Shown piece by piece: positions 56,611 through 64,000 of a DNA stretch of 64,000 nucleotides (its first letter is position 1; each line of letters starts with the position of its first letter). The notes under the pieces were generated by a model, which saw nothing but the letters and a program-made list of their open reading frames with translations, made no database searches and was not told the origin of the DNA. This DNA is from Candidatus Blackallbacteria bacterium (GTDB lineage: Bacteria; Cyanobacteriota; Sericytochromatia; UBA7694), in contig JBPXJQ010000053.1 of the NCBI GenBank assembly GCA_051715345.1, forward strand, positions 102,478-166,477. The letters are read 5' to 3'. The position numbers were made by a program, and so were the translations under genes.

Positions 56611-59376
56611 ATGAATCTGAAAATTTTATTCCTGCACAATCTCCCCCAAGAACCGCTTGAATTAAAGCCGTGGAAAGATGCTTTGGTACCTGCTTGGGTG
56701 CAGATAGCATTTTTAGAACGTGAGAATCTACTTTTGCACTTAACCCAGCAAACCTGGGACATTGTTTGCTGTTTAGATCAGACTTCTGATTGTGAAGACC
56801 TCTTGAGTTTGAAAGAACTGCAAAATCAAATGGAAGCAGCTTGGCCATTGATTTGGGTGGGGGATGAGCAAGACTTTGCACGTCATCAAATTGCCTTTGA
56901 ACGAGGGGCAGATGCCTATCTGCCTTTTGTTGATTTGCTCAGTCCTTCAGGCCTAAACTGTTTATTACAAGCTCAAATGAGTCGAAAGCGCTGTTTGCAA
57001 AGTCACAAAGAAAAACAGAGTTTGCAAGCAGAACTGGGTGTTCAGACCCAGCAATTGCTTTTGGCCGGTTATTTGGCCGAAGAAAGTCACCGCAGAACCC
57101 AATTGCTCAAAGATGTCGCAACCCAAGCCAATGCGCCAGGTACTTTGGAGCAAATGCTTTTGTCTGTCTTGGAGCAGATTTGTTTTTATACCTCTTGGCC
57201 GGTGGGACATGTTTTTTTGTGCCACACCCCTGTAGGCAAACGAATGGAGCGCCTCAAGTCCAGCGCAATCTGGTCTCTCTCTGAACCGGAATTGTTTGAA
57301 TCATTTTCCTTGGATCCCCAGGTCGATTTAATGCCTTGGGAGGGCTTGCCTGGACTGGTCTATACCCGTCAACGACCGGCTTGGCACGATTTTAGTCTGA
57401 ATCAGACGGGAGACAAGCTGTTTTCCCATCGCTATGTAAGGGCAATGCAGTTTGATTTTAAAAGCCAGTTGGCTTTCCCGATTAAGGTGAAAGACAAAGT
57501 GGTTGCCGTCTTGGAGTTTTTTTCTTTGGCCCATGAACATCCCGGCGAAGCATTATTGGCCCTTTTGACCCTGGTGGGTGAACAGATCAGTTATGCGATT
57601 GAACGCAAAAAAGTGGTGAATCTTTTGCAATTGAGCCAAGATCGTTTGCAACATGCGCACCGTTTGGCCCAGCTCGGTGCTTGGGAGTGGAACCGCAGTT
57701 TAGACCAATTTTGGCTTTCAGATGAAATTTATGAAATGGCTGAAATCGAATCTGAGGCAGCTATTGAGCAGTTAAAGGGAATCTTTTGTGCCCGAATTCA
57801 CCCTGAAGATTTGGCTGGATTTTTGGCCCAAATTTCAGACGCTGTATCCAATCAAAGCGTATTTAGAATGGACCACCGACTTTTATTGCCCAGCCATCAG
57901 GTGCTGTATGTGCATACAGAATGCCAACTTGTACCTGATGATTTGGGGCAGCAGGTTATTTTGCAAGGCGTGATGCAAAATATCACGGCCCGCAAGCAAC
58001 AGGAATTAGAACTGGAAAAACTTCGCCAGCAAGCTGACGCGGCCAATTTGGCAAAGAGCAATTTTATTGCCAATATGAGCCATGAAATTCGCACCCCTTT
58101 AAATGCGGTTTTGGGTTGTACCCAATTGCTGCAACAGACCAGTGGGCTCTCGCCGAAGCAGCAAGATTACCTCGAAACAATCTATCTCAGTGGTGAACAT
58201 CTCTTGAAATTGATCAATGAAATTCTCGAAATGTCGAAAATTGAGTCCGGTTACGTTACTTACAATCCCTTACCTTGTCATCTGGATGCTTTATTGGCTC
58301 AAATTCAAGCTGTTTTTCAACACCAAGTCGCGCAAAATCCGGAGCTCAATTTATTTTTTGATTATTCAGCGTCTTTACCCAGTATCATTCTCACAGATGA
58401 GGGAAAATTGCGCCAAGTCTTGTTACATCTTTTGGGCAATGCCTTAAAGTTTACCCAAGTGGGCTCTGTTTCCTTGCGTGTAAGCTACGATCAAGACCTG
58501 TTGCGTTTTGAAATTGAAGACACGGGTTCGGGCATTGGGCTCAAAGAACAGGCGCTCTTGTTTAATTCCTTTGTGCAAACCCAATCGGGGCGTGATCTGC
58601 AAAAGGGAGCAGGTTTGGGGCTGGTTTTAAGCCAGCGCTATGTTCAGTTATTAGGGGGGAATATTGCTGTTTCGAGTGGGTTGGGACACGGCAGTTGCTT
58701 TTCGTTTTCGATACCTGCTGAAGCCATTGCCGGCATCGCTGAAAAGGCGCCCTCAGAGGCGCAAAAACACGTTGTACCTGTTGCCAGAGATGCTCATTTT
58801 CGTATTTTGGTGGTGGATGACAAAGACATCAATCGACAGATTGTGACGGAGGTTTTGGATTTGCCCACTGTCTCTGTACGTGAAGCCTGTAATGGTCAAG
58901 AAGCCCTCGAAATACAGCAAGATTGGCTTCCTCACTTGATTCTGATGGATATGTTTATGCCAGTGATGGGGGGCAAAGAGGCCATTGAATTGATTCGCAA
59001 AAATGAGTCGGGGCAACCCTGTGTTATCATTTTGTTGACAGCCAGTTCTTTAGACTCAGAATGCTCGGAAACACTAAATTTGGGGGCAAATGATATTCTT
59101 TTAAAGCCCTTTAAATTAAGTGATCTCTGTCAGAAAATAAGTCAGTATCTCCCGATTCCGTTTTCCCAAAGTTTTGCCGTTCAAGCGCCTTTGACTGGTT
59201 TAAACGAAGATTTGCGTGCATGTTTATATCAAGCCGCTTTGGAGGCGGATCAAGAACTTTTATTGGATTCCCTACTTGAAATTGATTTTAAAAACGCCCC
59301 TTTGGCCAAAAAAATTAGATATTTTGCGGAAAATTTTCAATATGATCAATTAATTGAATTTCTCGAAAAAAATTAA
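56611..59376 (+). CDS. Hybrid sensor histidine kinase: degenerate N-terminal receiver-like domain, GAF, PAS, HisKA, HATPase_c, REC, C-terminal HPt-like region
   Basis: H-box [23 protein letters not shown]-box GAGLGLVLSQRYVQLLGG. REC ILVVDDKDINRQIV...HLILMDMFMPVMGG. N-terminal 110 aa has receiver-like periodicity but lacks the acidic pocket. Confidence 0.85.
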   Translation: MNLKILFLHNLPQEPLELKPWKDALVPAWVQIAFLERENLLLHLTQQTWDIVCCLDQTSDCEDLLSLKELQNQMEAAWPLIWVGDEQDFARHQIAFERGADAYLPFVDLLSPSGLNCLLQAQMSRKRCLQSHKEKQSLQAELGVQTQQLLLAGYLAEESHRRTQLLKDVATQANAPGTLEQMLLSVLEQICFYTSWPVGHVFLCHTPVGKRMERLKSSAIWSLSEPELFESFSLDPQVDLMPWEGLPGLVYTRQRPAWHDFSLNQTGDKLFSHRYVRAMQFDFKSQLAFPIKVKDKVVAVLEFFSLAHEHPGEALLALLTLVGEQISYAIERKKVVNLLQLSQDRLQHAHRLAQLGAWEWNRSLDQFWLSDEIYEMAEIESEAAIEQLKGIFCARIHPEDLAGFLAQISDAVSNQSVFRMDHRLLLPSHQVLYVHTECQLVPDDLGQQVILQGVMQNITARKQQELELEKLRQQADAANLAKSNFIANMSHEIRTPLNAVLGCTQLLQQTSGLSPKQQDYLETIYLSGEHLLKLINEILEMSKIESGYVTYNPLPCHLDALLAQIQAVFQHQVAQNPELNLFFDYSASLPSIILTDEGKLRQVLLHLLGNALKFTQVGSVSLRVSYDQDLLRFEIEDTGSGIGLKEQALLFNSFVQTQSGRDLQKGAGLGLVLSQRYVQLLGGNIAVSSGLGHGSCFSFSIPAEAIAGIAEKAPSEAQKHVVPVARDAHFRILVVDDKDINRQIVTEVLDLPTVSVREACNGQEALEIQQDWLPHLILMDMFMPVMGGKEAIELIRKNESGQPCVIILLTASSLDSECSETLNLGANDILLKPFKLSDLCQKISQYLPIPFSQSFAVQAPLTGLNEDLRACLYQAALEADQELLLDSLLEIDFKNAPLAKKIRYFAENFQYDQLIEFLEKN

Positions 59377-59418
59377 CGGTTACTGCCTGTTGGATTTTAT
59401 CTTTTTTTAGGAGTTTTT

Positions 59419-60606
59419 ATGCTCGAAACCGCAAAGGCACAAGAATTAAAATTTGATATTTTAATTGTCGATGATACGCCGCAAAACTTAAAGGTTTTAG
59501 CTGACTTTTTGAGAAATCAAGGATATAAAGCGCGCCCTGTTTCCAGCGGAAAATTGGCTTTGCGAGCAGCAGAAACCAGCCCGCCGGATTTGGTTTTGCT
59601 CGATATTAATATGCCGGAAATGAACGGCTATGAAGTCTGTGAAGCGTTTAAAGCCCATCCCAAGCTCAAAGATATCCCAATTATTTTTATCAGTGCGCTC
59701 AGCGAAACCCTGGATAAGGTCCGCGCTTTTAATGTCGGCGGGATTGACTATATTACCAAACCCTTTCAATTTGAAGAGGTGCAGGTGCGTATTCGCACCC
59801 ATTTGGCTTTGATGCAATTAAATCAGAATCTCAGCCAACAAAATCAGGCCTTACAAACAAGTTTAAAACGTCAGCAGGAATTGGAAGAACAGCGGGACAA
59901 TCTCTTGCATATGATTGTCCACGATTTAAGGGCGCCTTTATCCGGGATCATTGGCTACCTCTCTCTGTTGGAGAGAGGGGCAGGCACTTTCTCTGAGAAG
60001 CAACAGCGGCATCTCAATTTGGCCATCCAGAGTTCACAGACCCTGATTGATATGATCAGTGAGTTGCTCGACGTCTATAAATTGGAAAATGGAGAAATGC
60101 CCCTGTTCCGAGATTCCAAAGATATTTGTCAAACCATTCTTCAGGCCACGGAAACCCTCGAAGGCATGTTCACAGATAAGGTGTTAATCTCGGAGCTACC
60201 GCAGGCCCCTGCGCTTGTTTTCCTTGACCATGATTTGATCCGCCGAGTGATGATCAACCTTCTGAGCAATGCGCTTAAATTTACGCCGCGCGGGGGAGAA
60301 ATCAAAATCCTGGCTAAAATGGGCGACGATCGCTTAACCGTGGCTGTGCAAGATTCCGGATCTGGCATTCCCGAAGAACTGCAGGCAAAAATTTTTGAAA
60401 AATTTGGTCAGGCTGAACTGCGTCAAGAAAACCGCAGGTATTCAACGGGTCTGGGTTTAACTTTCTGTCGCATGGTGGTTGAGGCTCATGGTGGTAAGAT
60501 CGGTGTCAGCAGCCAAATGGGGCAAGGCTCTCGGTTTGAATTTGTTTTGCCACTATCTGCGTCAGTAACAGCTTCAGATTTGCCAGAAAATATCTCGGCC
60601 AATTAA
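59419..60606 (+). CDS. Response regulator-histidine kinase fusion (REC-HisKA-HATPase_c)
   Basis: REC ILIVDDTPQNLKVL...DLVLLDINMPEMNG...IDYITKP. H-box IVHDLRAPLSGIIGY. G-box STGLGLTFCRMVVEAHGG. Confidence 0.85.
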   Translation: MLETAKAQELKFDILIVDDTPQNLKVLADFLRNQGYKARPVSSGKLALRAAETSPPDLVLLDINMPEMNGYEVCEAFKAHPKLKDIPIIFISALSETLDKVRAFNVGGIDYITKPFQFEEVQVRIRTHLALMQLNQNLSQQNQALQTSLKRQQELEEQRDNLLHMIVHDLRAPLSGIIGYLSLLERGAGTFSEKQQRHLNLAIQSSQTLIDMISELLDVYKLENGEMPLFRDSKDICQTILQATETLEGMFTDKVLISELPQAPALVFLDHDLIRRVMINLLSNALKFTPRGGEIKILAKMGDDRLTVAVQDSGSGIPEELQAKIFEKFGQAELRQENRRYSTGLGLTFCRMVVEAHGGKIGVSSQMGQGSRFEFVLPLSASVTASDLPENISAN

Positions 60607-61422
60607 TTTACTCAGAGCTGTGATCAGCTGTTGTGGCGAAAAGGGTTTGGCCAAAAAGTCCGCACAACCCATTTCGGCGAGCTCTTTTTCGACATAAGAC
60701 AGCGGGTAGCCGCTGATGACCAAAATCGGTATTTTTTGGGTGGTTTGCATTTTATTTAACTGTTTTCCAAGCTGAAGTCCGTCTATTTCAGGCATATTTA
60801 AGTCCAAGAGAATGACATCTACGGCTTGTGTCATGGCCCATCTTAAGCCTTCACGCGGATCCGTGGTCACTTGAACGGAAAAAAGTGTGTCTTCGAGAAT
60901 GGTGCTGATCAACTCGCCAAAGATCGGTTCATCATCAATCACAAGTAAGTTTTTTGTTTTGATGGCATGTGCTTTTTTGGCTACTTCTTTGACAACGGCT
61001 CCGCTGTCTTCCCTGTTTTCCCCTTCGTTTGGCGTGTCTTTAGATGTGAGTGACAGGCCCAAAAACGCAGATAAACGCTCCAAAAAATAATCCTGTTTAA
61101 AGGGTTTGAGAATATAACCCAAGACCCCCAGTTCGCTGGCTCTTTGTATGCTAGAAAGCCGCTCATTGGCTGTCAGCATCACGACAGGCAGATGCTGGGT
61201 GCTTTGCATATTGCGGATTTGTTGTAAGAGATCCAACCCGTTGACTTCGGGCATATCAATATCCAAAAGGAGTAGATCGGGTTTTGTGCTCATGGCCAAG
61301 CGCAAACCCTCTCGTGTATCGGTTGTGGTTTGAATCTCGACAGGGACATCAGCCAGAATCTCAGAGACCAATTCACCGATCAATTCATTGTCATCTATCA
61401 GAAGGACTTTTTTCTCTGCCAT
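60574..61422 (-). CDS. Tandem-receiver response regulator (REC-REC, no output domain)
   Basis: REC1 [13 protein letters not shown]...[14 protein letters not shown]...LGYILKP. REC2 [13 protein letters not shown]...[14 protein letters not shown]...ADFLAKP. 3' end overlaps the convergent REC-HK gene by 33 nt. Confidence 0.85.
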   Translation of the reverse strand: MAEKKVLLIDDNELIGELVSEILADVPVEIQTTTDTREGLRLAMSTKPDLLLLDIDMPEVNGLDLLQQIRNMQSTQHLPVVMLTANERLSSIQRASELGVLGYILKPFKQDYFLERLSAFLGLSLTSKDTPNEGENREDSGAVVKEVAKKAHAIKTKNLLVIDDEPIFGELISTILEDTLFSVQVTTDPREGLRWAMTQAVDVILLDLNMPEIDGLQLGKQLNKMQTTQKIPILVISGYPLSYVEKELAEMGCADFLAKPFSPQQLITALSKLIGRDIFWQI

Positions 61423-61556
61423 TGTTAACGCGCTTTAAGGTGCCTATTGCGTCGGGATTGCCTTGGGAAGGCTCTAGAACGCATGGTAGCATGATGGGGA
61501 TGAGAAAAAAAGCCATCCTTTTAGCAGCCTTTCATCAAAAATTCGAGGATACGCCG

Positions 61557-62954
61557 ATGGAATCAAATATCCGCATGGAAAAAGACAGTTTGGGAGAGGT
61601 GGCTGTGCCCGCCGATCGCTATTATGGGGCCCAGACGCAACGCTCTTTTGAAAATTTTAAAATTGGGGGAGAGCGCTTTCCCCGTGAATTTATCCGCGCT
61701 TTTGGCATTATTAAAAAAGCAGCTGCCAAGGTCAATGCCGATTTGGGTGTGCTCTCAGCAGAAAAATCGACCCTGATTCAGCAGGTCGCTGACGAAGTGA
61801 TTGCCGGGCAATTGGATGCCCATTTTCCCTTGGTGGTCTGGCAAACCGGCAGCGGCACCCAGACCAATATGAATGTGAACGAGGTCATTTCTAACCGTGC
61901 GATCGAGATCGCCGGGGGTGTCATGGGCAGCAAAGCCCCGATTCATCCCAATGACGACGTGAATCAGTCTCAGTCTTCCAACGATACCTTTCCCACGGCC
62001 ATGCACGTGGCCGCAGCTGAGCAGGTGCATCACCACCTGATTCCCAATTTGCAATTGCTGCAAAAGACCCTGGCCGAAAAGGCCGAGGCTTACAAAGACA
62101 TTGTCAAAATTGGCCGCACCCATTTGCAGGATGCCACGCCGCTGACCTTGGGTCAGGAGTTTTCTGGTTATGCTGCCCAACTCGAAGGGGTGATCAAAGG
62201 GGTCATGGCTGTAATGCCCCAGGTCTATGAATTGACCCTTGGGGGCACCGCTGTGGGTACGGGTTTAAATGCCCCCAAAGGCTATTCCAAAGCCGTTGCT
62301 GAAGAAATTGCCCGCCTGAGTGGATTGCCCTTTGTGACAGCTCCGAATAAATTTGCGGGTTTGGCTTGCCACGACCCGCTGGTTTTGCTCAGCGGTGCGC
62401 TCAAAATGACGGCCTGTGCCCTGATGAAAATTGCCAACGATATCCGCTGGCTGGCGAGTGGTCCCCGCTGCGGAATTGGCGAGATTTCGATTCCCGAAAA
62501 CGAACCTGGCAGCTCAATTATGCCTGGCAAGGTCAATCCCACCCAGTGTGAGGCCATGACCATGGTCTGTGCCCAGGTCATCGGCAATGACATGGCTGTT
62601 GCCATTGGGGGCGCCTCTGGCAATTTCGAACTCAATGTCTTCAAACCTCTGATTATCCACAATGTGTTGCAAAGCATGCGTCTGTTGGGCGATGCCTGCC
62701 ATGCCTTTAACGACAAATGTGCGGTCGGGATCGAGCCCAATCATGCCCGCATCAGCGAATTGCTGGACAAATCCCTGATGTTGGTGACTTCGCTGGCCCC
62801 GGCGATTGGCTACGACAAAGCGGCCAAAATTGCCCTCAAGGCCCATCACGATGGCACCACCCTGCTCGAAGCTGGTCTGGCGCTGGAGTATGTCACCGAA
62901 GAGCTCTTCCGCGAATATGTGCAGCCCCACAAAATGTTGGGACATGGGGAATAA
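61557..62954 (+). CDS. fumC: Fumarate hydratase class II
   Basis: [15 protein letters not shown]...[17 protein letters not shown] (fumarase/aspartase signature GSxxMxxKxN). 466 aa from ATG at 61557. The longer ORF from 61284 is an unlikely N-extension. Confidence 0.9.
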   Translation: MESNIRMEKDSLGEVAVPADRYYGAQTQRSFENFKIGGERFPREFIRAFGIIKKAAAKVNADLGVLSAEKSTLIQQVADEVIAGQLDAHFPLVVWQTGSGTQTNMNVNEVISNRAIEIAGGVMGSKAPIHPNDDVNQSQSSNDTFPTAMHVAAAEQVHHHLIPNLQLLQKTLAEKAEAYKDIVKIGRTHLQDATPLTLGQEFSGYAAQLEGVIKGVMAVMPQVYELTLGGTAVGTGLNAPKGYSKAVAEEIARLSGLPFVTAPNKFAGLACHDPLVLLSGALKMTACALMKIANDIRWLASGPRCGIGEISIPENEPGSSIMPGKVNPTQCEAMTMVCAQVIGNDMAVAIGGASGNFELNVFKPLIIHNVLQSMRLLGDACHAFNDKCAVGIEPNHARISELLDKSLMLVTSLAPAIGYDKAAKIALKAHHDGTTLLEAGLALEYVTEELFREYVQPHKMLGHGE

Positions 62955-62957
62955 TCC

Positions 62958-64000
62958 ATGAAAGAACTTCACCGTTCGGCCCTGCGTTTTATCGAGGCCC
63001 AGTCGAAGATTCCGGGAGGGGTCAACAGTCCCGCTCGGGCCTTTAAAGCTGTGGGTGGCACCCCACCATTTATGAAAAAAGCCAAAGGCGCCCATATGTG
63101 GGATATCGATGGCAATGAGTACATCGACTATATTGGCTCCTGGGGACCAATGATTCTCGGGCATGGCTACCCGCCCGTGATCGAGGCGATTCGCAAACAA
63201 CTCGAATTTGGCACGAGTTTTGGTACCCCCACAGAAATTGAAATTGACATGGCTGATCTGGTGATTGCGGCTGTGCCTTCGATTGAAATGGTACGCATGG
63301 TCAATTCGGGCACCGAGGCTGTGATGAGCGCCATTCGTCTGGCCCGTGGCTATACTGGGCGCGAAAAAATCATCAAATTCAGCGGTTGTTACCACGGGCA
63401 CAGCGACATGCTCTTGGCCGAAGCTGGTTCTGGCGTGGCCAGTTTGGGCATTCCAGGTACCCCCGGCGTGCCTGCTGCCCTGGTCGAACACACTATGACA
63501 GCACCCTTTAATGATATCGCTGCGGTCAAACAAATTTTTGCAGCCTATCCGGGGCAGATTGCGGCAGTGGTGATTGAACCCGTGGCGGGCAATATGGGCT
63601 TGGTTCTGCCCCGCACGGGCTTTTTGGAGCAATTGCGGGAATTGACCCAGACCGAAGGCACCGTTTTGATCTTCGACGAAGTCATGACGGGTTTCCGCCT
63701 GGCGTATGGCGGTGCTCAGGCCCGTTTGGGTGTCACCCCTGATATGACCTGTCTCGGCAAGATTATCGGTGGCGGTATGCCCGTGGGTGCCTATGGTGGC
63801 AAACGTGAGATCATGGAATGTCTGGCGCCAGCGGGAAAAGTCTATCAGGCCGGTACCCTAAGCGGCAATCCTGTGGCCATGCAGGCTGGGGTCGCAACGC
63901 TCAAAGCCTTGCGAGACAATCCCAATGCCTACGAAGAGCTGGAACAAAAAGGCAAATTGCTCTGCCGTGGAATGAGTGATTTGGCGCGCGAAATTCAGGT
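62958..64000 (+). CDS. hemL: Glutamate-1-semialdehyde 2,1-aminomutase, N-terminal 347 aa (continues beyond window end)
   Basis: Open frame from ATG 62958 to window end, absent from ORF track because truncated. [43 protein letters not shown] and the PLP-Lys region [11 protein letters not shown] are diagnostic of HemL. Confidence 0.9.
   Translation, partial: MKELHRSALRFIEAQSKIPGGVNSPARAFKAVGGTPPFMKKAKGAHMWDIDGNEYIDYIGSWGPMILGHGYPPVIEAIRKQLEFGTSFGTPTEIEIDMADLVIAAVPSIEMVRMVNSGTEAVMSAIRLARGYTGREKIIKFSGCYHGHSDMLLAEAGSGVASLGIPGTPGVPAALVEHTMTAPFNDIAAVKQIFAAYPGQIAAVVIEPVAGNMGLVLPRTGFLEQLRELTQTEGTVLIFDEVMTGFRLAYGGAQARLGVTPDMTCLGKIIGGGMPVGAYGGKREIMECLAPAGKVYQAGTLSGNPVAMQAGVATLKALRDNPNAYEELEQKGKLLCRGMSDLAREIQ

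Noticed and set aside
62514-63632. 372-aa minus-strand ORF
   Set aside because: Antisense to the 3' end of fumC and the 5' end of hemL, both of which have unambiguous family signatures. It is a GC-rich antisense open frame.

Overview
This is a 64 kb chromosomal window from a bacterium with about 50% GC, and coding density is high on both strands. Housekeeping genes are scattered through it. They are mfd (5' part, window edge), xseA/xseB, a NUDIX hydrolase, pgsA, dnaE, elbB, thrC, fumC, hemL (5' part, window edge), and two minus-strand tRNAs, Leu-UAA and Asp-GUC. Between these lie many secreted or lipoprotein genes: DUF4394, DUF4920, a YVTN propeller, an S8 subtilase, an M19 dipeptidase, and an SR-rich repeat lipoprotein. 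There is also a P-type Ca2+-ATPase and several uncharacterised operons. The most striking region is a roughly 21 kb signal-transduction island at 40.6-61.4 kb. It starts with a REC-GGDEF regulator whose GGDEF motif is degenerate. A soluble histidine kinase with a phytochrome-type H-box follows, then two single-domain CheY/Rcp-like receivers. Next comes an alternative-cellular-function (Wsp-like) chemosensory core: CheW, CheR-TPR, CheW, MCP, CheA-REC and CheB. After that there are five further receiver-containing kinases or regulators, two of them large multi-PAS/GAF hybrid kinases. A second unusual locus at 13.2-18.0 kb has a SWIM zinc-finger protein translationally coupled to a 1158-aa helical-repeat protein, reminiscent of E. 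coli YehQ/YehI. It lies convergent to an operon for an unknown protein plus a CxxCxxCC (YkgJ/PF03692-like) protein. An orphan phage-type YopX gene and a 14-bp direct-repeat array in the promoter region of the signalling island were also noted. No transposase, integrase or CRISPR is visible. All calls come from motif recognition by eye. No database search was run.
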